From contig NC_087436.1 of NCBI RefSeq assembly GCF_036321535.1, forward strand, positions 93,002,001-93,066,000: a DNA stretch of 64,000 bases, given 5' to 3'. Both the position numbers and the translations under genes were made by a program. This document shows, piece by piece, positions 1-12,653 of the stretch. The notes below the pieces were generated by a model that worked only from the letters and a program-made list of their open reading frames with translations, was not told where the DNA came from and did not search any database. This DNA is from Camelus dromedarius. Lineage: Eukaryota. Numbering within the stretch: the stretch's first letter is position 1; every line of letters starts with the position of its first letter.

Positions 1-452
1 TTAAATTTTGCACCCAAGGAGAGTGCTCTGCTGACCTCACCCCAGTCTCACTCTCACCCTGTTGTTCATCAAATCAAGGGCAAATTCCTCAACCTGGCAT
101 TTTAGGATTTTTTTTTAACTCTCCTGATTAACTTTGTGGGCTTTGAACTAGTCAGTCCTAAGTACAGACCCTGGCTTCTGCCACTCACCAGCTGTGGCCA
201 GCTCGGGTAAGTGACTACCTTTCGGCCTCTTAGTTTCCTCATCTGTTAATGACGATTAAATGTTTACAGAAGACATCGTCCTATTTTTCAGTCTTACCAG
301 TCCACTGCTGCAAAAATGCACAAGTCTTTATAAAGTGTTTCACATACATGTTCTCACTGAAGCCTGATAATAACCACATTAGGGAGATTTGATGCTGCTT
401 CCTCCAGCCTGAACCTCCTTCCCCCTCAACTCCACAAGTTAAAATCTTAGCC

Positions 453-1047
453 CTAAATTGAAAGGACACCTGCACCCCAGTGTTCATAGCAGCACTATTT
501 ACAATAGCCAAGACATGGAAGCAACATAAGTGTCCATCAACAGATGATTAAAGAAGTTGTAGTGTATGTGTACTATAGAATACTACTCAGCCATAAAAAA
601 GAATGAACATTTTTTTTCATTCTTTCATTTGCAGCAACATGGATACACCTGGAGATTGTCATACTAAGTGAAATAAGCCAGAAAGAGAAAGAAAAATACC
701 ATATGATGTCACTCATATGTGGAATCTAGAAGAATGACACAAATGAACTTATTTATAAGACAGAAACAGACTCACAGACATAGATAACAAACATGGTTAC
801 CAGGGGAAAGGGGGTGGGGAGGAATAAAATGGGAGTTTGGGATTTGCAGATACTAACTAATACATGTAAAATAGATAAACAACAAGGTCTTACTGTATAT
901 CACAGGGAACTATATTCAATATCTTTGTAGTAGCCTATAATAAAAAAGAATATGAAAAGGAATATATGTATATATGTGTACAACTGAACCACTATGCTGT
1001 ACACCAGAAATTAACACATTGTAAATCAACTATACTTCAATTAAAAC
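453..1047 (+). mobile_element. 5'-truncated LINE-1 (ORF2 C-terminus + 3' UTR)
   Basis: L1 motif GACACCTGCACCCCAGTGTTCATAGCAGCACTATTTACAATAGCC, ending TATACTTCAATTAAAA. Flanked by approximate TSD AAA(A/G)TCTTAGCC at 441-452 and 1048-1059. Confidence 0.9.
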
Positions 1048-1630
1048 AAAGTCTTAGCCAACTTTTAAAGCCAACTTCAAAACTACCACTTATATGAAGG
1101 TTTTCTAAGTTCCCCACACCCATGCGACAGTAACAAACTTGAGTTTAACACCTGCTATGTGACAGTCATTCAGGATTCATTGCTGAACACAATGGAGGTA
1201 TGCCCTGCCTTCATGGAGATGGAATCCAATGATGCAAACGGACAAATAAACTACTAAACAAACAAGTAAAATAATTATAATTAATAAATAATAAACAAAA
1301 GTCCTAATTATTATAAACAACAAAGTCAATATGGTTATATCTTAATTAAATTAAACGTAATTAAATTAATTCTAACATACTTAAAAATAATTCCAGGTGG
1401 ACATAATTCAAAGGCCCTGAGCCACAAGAGCTTGGTTTTTGTGTTCAATGTGCTTGAAGTGGAAGAAGGGTAATAAAGCTTGAGGAGGATGATATGGTGC
1501 AGTTTTCTATGAACATTGAGGTTACTTTCATATATATTTCTTATGACCATTATCTCTCCCCATTTTATGCTGTGGTCAGCTGTACCCTAGTCTGGTTCCA
1601 GTACTGAACAAATTTAAAAGCTTGGGTTTC

Positions 1631-2084
1631 TTTCTTTTTTTTTTTAATTGGAGTATAGTTGATTTACAATGCTGTGTTAGTTTCTGGTGTACAGCATAGT
1701 GATTTAGTTATACATGTATGTATTTTTTTTCATTACAGATTATTACAAGCTACTGAATATAGTCCCCTGTGCTGTACAGTAGGAGCTTGTTGTTTATCTA
1801 TTTTATACATAGTAGTGTGTATCTGCTAATCCCAAATTCCCAATTTATCCCTACCCACCTTCCCTCTTGGTAGCCATAAGTTTGTTTTGTATGTCTATGA
1901 GTCTGTTTCTGTTTTGTAAATAAGTTCATTTGTATCTTTTTTTTAGATTACACGTATAAATGATATCATATGGTATTTGTCTTTCTCTATCTGACTTACT
2001 TCACTTAGTATGATAATCTCTATATCCATCTATGTTGCTGCAAATGGCATTATTCCATTCTTTTTTATGGCTGAGTAGTATTCC

Positions 2085-2149
<65 letters not shown>

Positions 2150-2242
2150 ATATTTATATGTATACCACATCTTCTTTATCCAATCATCTGTTGGTAGCCA
2201 TTTAGGTTGCTTCCACATCTTGGCTGTTGTAAATACTGCAAA
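1631..2242 (-). mobile_element. LINE-1 3' end containing a (TG)n microsatellite
   Basis: Poly-T tail at ~1631-1645. ORF 2030-2245 gives the L1 ORF2 C-terminal peptide (AKMWKQPKW..DDWIKKMWY..EYYSAIKKN..PFAAT). Confidence 0.9.
2087..2147. repeat. (TG)n microsatellite, ~30 units
   Basis: Read directly from the sequence. Confidence 0.97.
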
Positions 2243-2249
2243 CATGGAT

Positions 2250-2460
2250 TCTTAACCAGACTGTCTGGCTTAAATCCTAACTCAATTGTTTATTAGCTAG
2301 AAGACCATGGACAAATTTTAATCACGCTAAACATGGTTTCCTTGATTTGTAAAATGGGGGTGATAATAATAGAACATACCTCATAAGGGTGTTCTGAGGA
2401 CTGAACGATGCAATCATGTAAAGCATTTAGAGCAACACTGGTGTGTAGCGTGTGCTGTGT
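2250..2460 (+). mobile_element. MIR SINE
   Basis: MIR core-like TTTCCTTGATTTGTAAAATGGGGGTGATAATAATAG..CCTCATAAGGGTGTTCTGAGG. Confidence 0.7.
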
Positions 2461-3385
2461 AGGGGCTGGTTCTTGTGATGATCATAAGTAGCCTGCAAGC
2501 TCCTCTAGGATTGCTTGTCTTTTTGTTAATGTAGCAACTTGCACATTACTTTGCAAATAATAGGCTCTCAAACTATGCGTGTTGAATCTAGTCATAGATG
2601 AAACAAAAGACTGACAGATTTTTTGTGAACACCGGTGATGAGATGATTCTAGTTGAGGCACTGATTCTTTATCTGGTATCTTCTTCTCTGTGTTTGATTT
2701 CTTACTGGCTGAAAGGAACTATTTGCCAGGAGGGCTCAGGCAGAAACAGCATTTAACCAGGGCTAGTATCACACAAGCTCTTAGTATTACCTGAAACCAG
2801 CACTGCTCCATGTTAACATTATCCTTTCTTTCTTCACTTGGGACTGTTTTAGAATTTAGGCAATGTCAAGTGATGATTTTTCAAAAAATTCTGTGTTCAA
2901 AAACACTGCTGATGGGTCTAGCCTGAGCTTTTTTATTCATTTCCTTTGGGAAGTTGCAGAAATTTTCCATCAGGGATGGGATTTTCTTGGCCAGGGGGGT
3001 AATTGTTATAGCGCATTTCTTATCACAGCCTTTGGTGTAGGGGTGTAGGATTGTAGGTGTATATTACACGCTGTGGATTATGTCATCTCAGTCAGCTTCT
3101 CAGATAATTTGGGATCTTAAAGAATATACTTCTACGTGTTTCGAAATTCCTTTTATAAATAAAACTCCAACAATCCTCCCGTATTTATTACCTAAACTCA
3201 CTTCAAGTGTATTAATGACTAATGAGGGGGGGCAGTGGAAGGAGTTCAGAGCAGGGTTCAAATCCCAGTTCCACTGTATAATTGCTGTGTGATTTTAGTC
3301 TGCTTCTGTAATCTCTTTCCGCTTCTCTTCCTTCATTGGTAAACATATAATACTTATTCCATAACATTAGTGTGAGGACCAGAGA

Positions 3386-3387
<2 letters not shown>

Positions 3388-3426
<39 letters not shown>
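3388..3426. repeat. (CA)n microsatellite
   Basis: Read directly from the sequence. Confidence 0.95.
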
Positions 3427-3427
<1 letters not shown>

Positions 3428-3446
3428 TGCACAGGGCATGACACAT

Positions 3447-4130
3447 GAATTAGTTTCGTAGGGCCGCTGTAAAAATCACCACGGACTTGGTGCCTTTAAA
3501 CAACAGAAGTTTATTCTCTCACAGTTCCGGAGACCAGAAATTGGAAACCATTACCCTTGGGTCAAAATCAACGTGTCACAGGGCTGCACTCCTTCTGGAG
3601 GCTCTAGAAGAGAATCAGTTCCCTGCCTTTTCCAGCCTTTTGAGGCCTCATCACTCTCATCTCTGCCTAACCTCCCCCTGCCTCTTTCTTATGAGTCCAC
3701 ATGATTCACATAGAGAGAACAAACTAGTGGCGACCATGGGGAGATGGAAGTGGGGAGGGGCAGTATAGGGGTAGGGAATTGAGAGGTACAAAGTATTAGG
3801 TACGAAATAAGCTACCTGGATACATTGTACAACATAGGAATATATCAAATATTTTATAATAACTGTAAATGGAGTATAACCATTAAAAATTGTATCACTA
3901 TATTGTATACCTGTAACATATAGTACTGTACATCAACTATACTTCAATTAAAAAAAATCCCTGTGATAGCATTTAGGCCCCATCTAGATAATTCAGTATA
4001 GTTTCCCCACCCCAAGATCCTTATCTTAATCATATCCACAAAGATATTGTTTCCATATAAATTAAAATTTACAGGTTGCAGGGATTAAAATTTGACATCT
4101 TTAAAGGCCATTATTTTAGCCTACCCCAAT
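3447..4130 (-). mobile_element. MaLR (MLT1-type) solo LTR, interrupted by an L1 3' fragment at ~3700-3957 (+)
   Basis: MLT1 motif AAACAACAGAAGTTTATTCTCTCACAGTTC; the LTR resumes after the L1 A-tail at 3951-3957. Confidence 0.75.
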
Positions 4131-5759
4131 ACACAGTGGGTAGTTAATAAATTGCCTATTATTGTGATAATTATTAGCAAATCTTGAATTTTTAAAAATC
4201 AGAATTCAAGGTCTGGTAAAAATATAAATATTAGTGGCACAATATTAAAAATATAGTTCAAGATATATTTAGCACTTCTCTTTTTCATTTATTTCAAAAG
4301 GTGATTAACAGGTTAATTAAAATAGGAAATATTTTATTCTGCCTTGTATAGTAAAATGTAGTAATGAAGTATGAGGGTATTAAATGCCCTCTATATATGC
4401 CCTATGTGGGCACATTATATAGTCTTTCTGAGCCTCAGCTTCTTTTTTGTTCACTGGGGGCAACCATAGTCATAGGACTGTCAGAAGGATTAAATCAAGT
4501 AATGAGTAAAAAGCCTGGCATAAAGGAAGTACTCTCTAAATGGTAGGTGTTAGTGATTCCAAAAATAAATGTACCAGCAAAAATCTGGCCAAATCTTTTT
4601 TGCTTTTTTCCTGTGTCACCATGAGGATGTATTAGAAGATATAAATGCCAGTTGTCTGAGGAATTATTTCAGTTTGCATCTATAATGACCTCATTTTTTA
4701 ATATCTCAGTTTGACCAAATTTCTTCCTGAGTTTAACTCTCAGGTCTTCTTTTAATTTGCTTGATGAGTGTGGAGCTTTCAGGAGTAGAAGTGCAGCTTC
4801 CTTTTTATGCGAACTATTTCGGCCTCAAATCCTTCGGGGACCTGCGTACGCTCTCAGATCTTAGAGCAAAGTGGACATCGGTTGATTGCTAGGCACTGTA
4901 ATTGACTTCTGCCTACACCTGATGATGAAATAATTGGCCAATTTAAAGCTGAATTGTTAAATATTGCAATCAGAAGTCTTGGGGATGAATTTGTGTGTAA
5001 GAAGGCTTCCTGAACCAATTCATGTCTTACGAAGGAGTGTTATTTGAAACGACTGGTCCGGGGTGTGCAGCTTGTTGGCGGCAAAGAGCAGTACCCTGCT
5101 TTTTCTCACTTTCAGGATGAGGCATTTTCTGGTCCCCAGGGAGCTGCTTCTAATATGTTCCTTTCTTTTTCTCTTCTTAAATCCCCTTTCTCTGTTAGCT
5201 CCTGCCCATGGGCCAGATGCACCTATGGCTCAGCAGTCAGGTGATGGGAGCACGAATTCTCCTCATACCCTGTCATGATATACCTAATATATAAAAGAGG
5301 GAAAGTGGGAACAAAGCAGGGGTTGAGTAGATTAATTTTATTGACATCTCTGGGGTTTAGTAACATTGTTTATACATACAGAGCATTCTGTGTGGTGTGA
5401 TTCGATGTTTTTATTTCCTTTTAGAAAATACTATTATGTGGCTGAATTTTTGCTCAATCCTGACCCAGTGCATACAAGAGGACTCTAAGACATCCGAGAG
5501 GGAATAAATCTTCAAAAAGCATTCCAAAGAGAATGAAATGAACTATTTTTATATCATGCCTTAATAGGGGTAAAATTTCAGAAATTCTTGGCATGAGATT
5601 TTGGAGAATATTTCAACAGTAAAACATAGCAACAGATAATCCACAATGTTATGTGTGCACACATTTGTGCATATATTTAATTTAATCTTCAAAATTAAAT
5701 TCAATTTATGGTTTTCCCCACTAACCTCCTCTGAGCTGGGGTTTGAAATCAAAACAACA

Positions 5760-6020
5760 ATAATAGCAAATAACTACTATTTATTAAGCACTTGCCATAT
5801 GCTAAGGTTTTGAAGACTAGTATCTTGTTTACTCTCACAGCCATCTATGAGTCCATTTCTTTATTATTAATATATTTTAGCTCCATTTTGCAAGTGAAAA
5901 AACTGAGGCTTAGAGAGATGAAGTAAATTACTAAAAGTCCTGGTTTTAGTAACTTACTAAAAGTCAGATTCAAATCCCAGTTTGAACCTGAGTCTGGCTT
6001 CAAAACCCACGTTCTTGACA
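5760..6020 (-). mobile_element. MIR SINE
   Basis: CCATTTTGCAAGTGAAAAAACTGAGGCTTAGAGAG core. Confidence 0.75.
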
Positions 6021-7249
6021 CTCCCCGGGGGGTATCCTCCTGTGTTATATCCAGCGTCCTCAGCTCCCTGTGTTAGCCGTACCTGAGTCACTCCGTGGTC
6101 AGTAATGCAGGCCTTTGTAATACACATTCCCCAAAGTGTGTAGTGAGAGCCCAGCACACGCTTCATTACATCATGACCGAGCATCCTGTTGCATGGGAAG
6201 TGGTCTATGGCACAGGTCACGAGAGCAGTTTTGTTTGAAGCCATGTGATCCTTGCACACACATCATCTGAGGTCTTTTCTTTTTCTGACTGGCCAGACCA
6301 CTGGCTGCCACTAACCTGCCACTCTGAAGAGTTCTTTCATTAAGTCTTAAGGAGCTGAGAAATCAGGGAAATTACCAATAAATACGTAAGAGGGCAGGAG
6401 GATGTTTTTATTGTTATTTTTAAATGCTTTATTGAGTTCACACAGAGGAATATTTTATTTATGAATTTAATATAAATGCCATGAAATATATGCAAAAATA
6501 CTTGAAACCTATGAACAAAACATTAACACAACTCAAGTTTAATTTTACCCATATCCTCTGGGTTCCATGGGAATAATTTCAGCATCACATAATTATTTTC
6601 AGTTCAATGCAAAAAAATATTGACTGAGCTTCGACTGTGTGCTAGGCAGTGAATCTACAAGTGTACATAAGGCGTGTACCTGCCCTCTTCTTTCTCTAAC
6701 CACACATGATATGGTCCTTATTAACCTTTCTAATATGGATTGAAAATCTATTATGTGCTTCTATATTTTAATAACTCCCCCATCCAAAGTTAAGTGAAAG
6801 GGCTAAGTAGCCTTTTTGTACTAGGTTTTATTACAGAAGAGAGAACTCAAGGACCTAAAGGCATTCCTAACTGAGCATGACACTTAATTTCTGATGGGCT
6901 GAGACAGCCTCAGAATCCTTCTCAGCAGAGCACTCCAGGCAGTCACCACTGGACTTGGCATGTGAGCCGCCACCCCTCTTCTAAGGCTCTTCACTAACTA
7001 TATGAAATGCCATCCACTTAGAGTGGTTACCATTGAGCCTTTGCTAACTTTCAACATTCATTCCACAAAGATTAACTGAGGAATATAACAGCTAATGTTA
7101 TGGAGTGCTCGCAGTGTGCCAAGCACTGTGCTAAGTGCTCTTTTTGCATTATTGTTTAATTCTCATAAAAACCCTGTAAGGTCAAGGTAAGTGTTATGAA
7201 GCCACTATTGCAGAGAATTACAGATGAGTTTTGTTTTGTTTTTGGTCTT

Positions 7250-7831
7250 GCCCGCACCTACTGTCCCTTCATCTACAAGCAGCAACTCAGTTTTTCTTCC
7301 AGGAACCATCCAAGAACTAACTCAGTCTGTATAGCCAGGTAAGATTGGTTCCATCCCCAAGTCCAGCAGTAGGCAGATGACCCCAAGCCTTGCCAACGAA
7401 AGCATGCACCTTCTCAGCCACAGCAGTTGGTTTAAAGTTGGGCTGGGACCCAGCTGGACCAATCAAAGGCAATGAGAGCCACTCTGGGACTTTTGCTGGG
7501 ACTCTTGGCAAAGAGGCACTTCTACTGAGTTTATTAAAGCAGTTTTGATTGAAATTGGGAGCTATTGTGGCTATCTTGTGCCTTTTGGGGGAGATCTTGG
7601 CTGAGAATTTGGTCAATACAGAGAAAAGCAGAACTCAGACAGGGAGAAACAGTTCCTATGCCAGAATTCGAGACCCTCAAACTGGCCACATCTGGAAAGG
7701 CTCTTCAGTTTTCTTCCTCTGCTCCCGCAGTTACGCTGTTATGGTAGCTAAGAAATCCCAGTGTGTGCATGTGTGTTTAATAAGCCAGTTTGATTTCATT
7801 TTTCTGATTCTTATGACTGAAAGACTAACAC
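7250..7831 (+). mobile_element. ERVL LTR (LTR16-like) inserted within a MIR
   Basis: CCAATCA box and 3' end TAAGCCAGTTTGATTTCATTTTTCTGATTCTTATGACTGAAAGACTAACACA. MIR halves lie at ~7090-7215 and ~7832-7945. Confidence 0.6.
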
Positions 7832-7949
7832 AATCCCATTTTATACGTGAAAATTCTTAAACTTAAGGAGGTTAAATAATTTGTTCAAGGTTACATAACT
7901 CATGAGTGGGAAAGAGGGCTTTGAATCAGACTTCAAAATTGGTGCTTTT

Positions 7950-8129
7950 TTAAAAAACTTTTTGAAATAGATTTATGTTTTACTTATTATTATATTCCTT
8001 AGTTATTTTATTTTGGTAGGGGGCGGTAACTAGGTTTACTTATTTTTAGAGGAAGTGCTGGGGATTGAACCCAGCACCTCATGCATGCTATAAGAAACAC
8101 TCTACCACTTGAGCTATACCCTCCCCACC
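7950..8129 (-). mobile_element. tRNA-derived SINE (Vic-1-like, camelid)
   Basis: Reverse complement begins GGGGAGGGTATAGCTCAAGTGGTAGAG (A box) ... GGTTCAATCCCC (B box), then an A-rich tail. TSD TCA(A/G)AATTGGTG at 7933 and 8130. Confidence 0.85.
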
Positions 8130-9904
8130 TCAGAATTGGTGGTTTTAATCAGCATAGTCTTCTCCTCAGGCACTGTCGTGGAATTCTCTCTCAGTGCTTG
8201 AGACTGAGGAGTGAGGTATCAAAAGTGTACAGCTGGTGTTAACTATGACAGCTAGTGCCAGGTTTGAGAACTAATTTCCAGGCAGTAAAGGTTTAGCTGC
8301 AACATTCAACAAACTGACCATAGTGAAGGGGAATGGGAGCAGGAAGGAGACAGTTCCTGAGTATGACAAAGAGCTTTGTCCTGCTAAAGGAGAAAAGGAT
8401 GTGTTTCCATCTTTGATGGTGGCAGAGCTCTGAAAACATAAACACTTTGTTATGTTTGTGGCTTTTGGGTTGGAGCTTAATTTATAGACTATCAAAGAAG
8501 GGATTATTCTGCAGGTCTTAGGGCATGTGACGAGCTCACCAAAAGATTATTTTATTATTTTGAGGGTCCTTGATAATTCAGGAACTACCTTTATAGAAAA
8601 TCTCATAAAACCAAAATTAAAGGACATCATTTAATACATCATTTGACTTTTTCTCATAAATTATTTAGTCCTAAGGGTAACAAAATAGATACTTCAACTG
8701 TATGTAACTCTTTGATCATTCTAGTAATTTCCCAGACAAGTATTAGCTACCTTACATAGTTTACATAAATTTTCAAATCCAAAAACTCTTAAATGTGTCA
8801 AAACATATTTAACTTCTAGTGGAACTGGATGGAAAAAAGCCAAAATTTGGTTGTTGACAAAATTAAAAAAAAAAATCCTTTAACCCAGTCCTCAAACAAC
8901 TTAAATCATATTCAATAATGTGTAGATTGAGGAGGTCTTATGTGAAAAGTATACTGATTGCCTCATTTATAGAAAAAAGGAGCTCCATTAAATATATTAC
9001 TTCAAACAAATTTCTCAATATCTCAATCTTTTTGAATGTTTTCAAAAGTAACTTGAATTAATTGTCATTTTTTTCTGGACTAGCATATCTGAAAAAAATA
9101 TAAAGAAAGTGGGAGGAAGTAACCCAACGTAGAACATATTTTTGGACATTATTTCTGCTGAGAATTGATAGGGCGATAAAGCATGCCTGGAGGCAGAGGG
9201 ATGGGTTCGATGACTTCTTGAAGTCCTTGGCAACCGAATATGTCTAGGATTATGATTATGATTATGTTTATTTATTAACATTTATACTAGGTCATTTTAG
9301 TTGATTAGTGCAATGCAATTACTAAAAATCTGCAGCTAGAAGTTCTGGGAAAGATCTACACTGCTAGGAAAGGGTAGGTATGATATCATTTCTGATTTTC
9401 AATAACTTAATTAAATAAACAAGCATATTACCTCCATGTTACAAGAGTCTCTCAGCGTAGTTTCCAACATGATGAAGAATTCAGTCTAATTGCTTAAAGT
9501 GGGGGCAATGAGAGTTAGTAATCTTTAGTTCTATTGCTAATTACTCACAGAGCCCTTCTCTGTCCATAAAGAAAGATACTGTCTCTAAAAATGAATGTGA
9601 TTGTGTGTTTACTCTCTTCTTGTCTCTGGTGGGTCTAGTCTTGTGGCCACAACCTCCCTCTGGCCAGAGCCAGACTCACTGGGGGCTGAAGGGGCAGAGA
9701 CCTGGGAAGTGGACCAGAACGGGGGACCCTTAACCAGACAGAGACCTCTGCGTTTTTGAGATGCTGCCATTAGAGACTAAGCCTTCTGAGGGAAACTTGA
9801 TTCCTTGTTAAAATATAAATTACTCTAAACATTTGAACCTGTTACATGTTATCAGCCATAAATAAATGAATATAGATTAATTTTTTCATGTCATTTCTTT
9901 AGAG

Positions 9905-10510
9905 CAGTATTTCTCAAAGTTTGGTCTAGGGACCCCTTGAGATCCCCAGTGTTCACTCGGTGGTAGGTGGGCAGGGCGGTCTGGGAGGCCAAAACTATTC
10001 TTGTAGAAATACTGATACATTGTTTACCTCATCACATTCATTCTCTCTCAAGTCTACAGTGAAGTTTTCTAGAGGTTACATAACATGTGATATTGCAACA
10101 TCTGAGGGAAGAAGCAGATATGAGAAACAGGTTTATCTTCTAACAAGCCGGGTCTTAAAGAAATTTGCACAAATATTAAGCAGTGCCACTCTTAATATTT
10201 TTTTGTTTTGTTTTGGAAAATGTTATTTTTATCAGAAGTATTTTGTGTTAACATTTAATGGATTTTTATTATTTTTGCATAAAATAATAAGCAAATATTA
10301 TGCATTTTTCCCAGTTTTGATTTCTAGTAGGGCAAATATCAATAGATACAACCCATATAATAAAAGTTCCTTGGGATCCTCAATAAATTTAAAGAGTGTA
10401 AGAGGGTATATTAATTATATCTTAATAAAACTAGATGAAAAAATAAGTAAATAAGAGGTTCCTGAAAAAAAAAAAAAAAGCGTGTAAAGGAATCTTGAGG
10501 CCACAAGTGC
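9905..10510. mobile_element. hAT-Charlie DNA transposon derivative (Charlie1-like)
   Basis: Terminus CAGTATTTCTCAAAGTTTGGTC; internal GAAGCAGATATGAGAA..GCCACTCTT segment; degenerate right end near 10500. Confidence 0.75.
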
Positions 10511-10619
10511 TGGCTGTGGAGAGTGTCACAGTGGAAGAAGACCTTAGACAGTATTAGGTCCTTTCACCTCATTTATGTGTTGAAAATTGATTCCCAAAGA
10601 GCTGGGATGACTTACCGAA

Positions 10620-11045
10620 TATTCTGGTTTGCGATTGCTGTGCTATAAACCACCCCAAAACGTAGTGTCTGAAAATACAACAGTCATTCACTTTTCTCTT
10701 GAATATGAAATTTGGTCTAGGCTGGAGGGATGACGCCTCTGCCTCACGTGATGTCTCCAGCATCAAAGGGCTGCAGTCCCTGGGGCTTGCTGGGCACCTC
10801 TCTCTCCCTCTCTTGTCTTCCCCACTGGCTACTGGGGTTTCCGCACAGAGTGAGCATTCCGAGAAGATGGAGTGACAACAACAAGGCTTCCTGTGAATTA
10901 GCCTCGGAAGACCCACGGCTTCCACCACATTCTATTGGTTAAGCAGGTCACTGAGACCAGGCCAAATTCAAGAGGAGGGAAGTCAGACTCCATCTTTCAG
11001 TGGAAAGAACATCAAAGACTTTTTGGCCATCTTTAACCTACCATG
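10620..11045 (-). mobile_element. MaLR (MLT1-type) solo LTR
   Basis: ATTGCTGTG..AAACCACCCCAAAAC..CCACATTCTATTGGT..GACTCCATCTTT pattern. Confidence 0.7.
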
Positions 11046-11899
11046 CCTGAGGTCCTAGAATTAGCATTAGAAGAACAAAAACTAGAATCCGTCTCTCCTG
11101 AGTTCTTGTGCAGTATGGCAACGCGAACAGGGGTGCGCTGGAGGAGGATGAAATGAAAAGAGCAAACGGTGGAGCATTGTGTGAATGAAGAACATTTCAG
11201 GGTGGCCTCTAAGCACCCACGTGAGTAGCATGCACATTTGGGAGCTTGAAAGGGAGGCTGCTAAGGAGAACAGGGGTCATGGGCTCTCTGATACAGAAGA
11301 GAACTTAATTCTTCCTTAAGATGCTCAACTTTCCTCAACAACTTCCTTTCTCGCTGACTGTCTTTATAAAGGTAGTTTTGATTTGTTGGGCAGCCTACCT
11401 GCCTCTGGGAAGCTCTGTTACAGTGTGTTTCCACAGAACAGAAATCTGTTTCCCTCTAACTTCTCGCCGGTGGCTCCCCTTGTATGCTTATTTTGCCTTA
11501 GGGTAATATCGCAAAAGGCTTCTACGTGCACCTCTACAGCTATTGTAGCTTTGTATCCCCTGTGAATTCCGCGATTCCAGGTTTATGACTCTTCGTTATA
11601 ATTTTTAAAATTCCATATGGCCAATCAGGACACCCTCTTATAAGCTACCCCAGCTTGCCAACTGCTCTTTCATAGTATTCTCCAAGAGGGAGCTGGACTG
11701 TTGACAAGCACCGCCACCACATTCTGTGCACCCTACTGGCAACCATGCACACTGATAATACGTTATGCAGATCCCAACTTGTAAATCTTCTTCATTTATG
11801 CTCTACTAACCACACTTCAAGGCAGTTGCATGAGTGTGTGTGCCTGTTTTTTTTTTTTTTTATTCAGCTGTGGAAATTTAGATTCACCCCTAGATATTT

Positions 11900-12330
11900 T
11901 ATCTCAACAGGTCCAACTTAAGATCTTTTTGAATCTAGACTCTGTCACTAAGGCTACTCATTATCCCACTGAGCTTTCATATAATCTGCAGATTCATTAA
12001 GTATTTTTTCTATACTTTTATCTAAATCGATGATAAAGATGTTGAACTAGACAGAGCCCTATGTCACTCCACTAGAGACCATCCTCTGTAATGATGTCAG
12101 TCTACTAATCAGCATTTTTTGGGTTCATTTATTCACCTAAATGTTGTTAATTCATCTAATAGTCCTATCATTTAGTCCATATTTCTCCATCTTGTCCACA
12201 ATAATATCATGACAGACCTGGACAAATGCCCTGCTGAAGTCCAGATACATTACGCCGACTGCAGTTGGTTGCTCTCTATATCCACTACTCCTGTCAGAGG
12301 AAATGAAGCAAGTCTGATGCACTTTGATGA
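11900..12330 (-). mobile_element. CR1/L3 LINE reverse-transcriptase relic
   Basis: Minus-strand translation ..AVGVMYLDFSRAF..HDIIVDKMEKYGL..SSGVT*GSV*FNIFIIDLD..SADYMK matches CR1-clade RT motifs (YLDFSKAFD, SGVPQGS, FNIFINDLD, FADDTK). Confidence 0.85.
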
Positions 12331-12653
12331 TTCCAAGGCTTTGCTCATGTTCTTTTCTCTGCCCTGATCTTCCATTCTGCCTCACCTGCCTGCTAGTTCT
12401 ATTGCTCACATGTCACCTTCTTGCTGGAGCTTATTCCTTAACTCCAGGCATAATTATTTCTCCAAAGCTCTTCATGCATAGTATCACATCCCGGTTGTTT
12501 GTGCATGCCTGTTCTCCTCTCGTTCATCTAGAATGAGCCATGTCTTATTTAATAAATGTACGATGACTTTAATTTAACTAGACCCTGGTGCCTAGTGACC
12601 ATTGCTTCCTTTCCAAAATACTCATAAATCATTCAAGCCAAAATCCAATCTAG

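Noticed and set aside
8055..8129. tRNA-like A/B boxes here and at ~15205-15279
   Set aside because: SINE heads with A-rich tails and TSDs, not tRNA genes.
9960..10454. 164-aa ORF
   Set aside because: Lies inside a non-autonomous Charlie element; I see no intact transposase.
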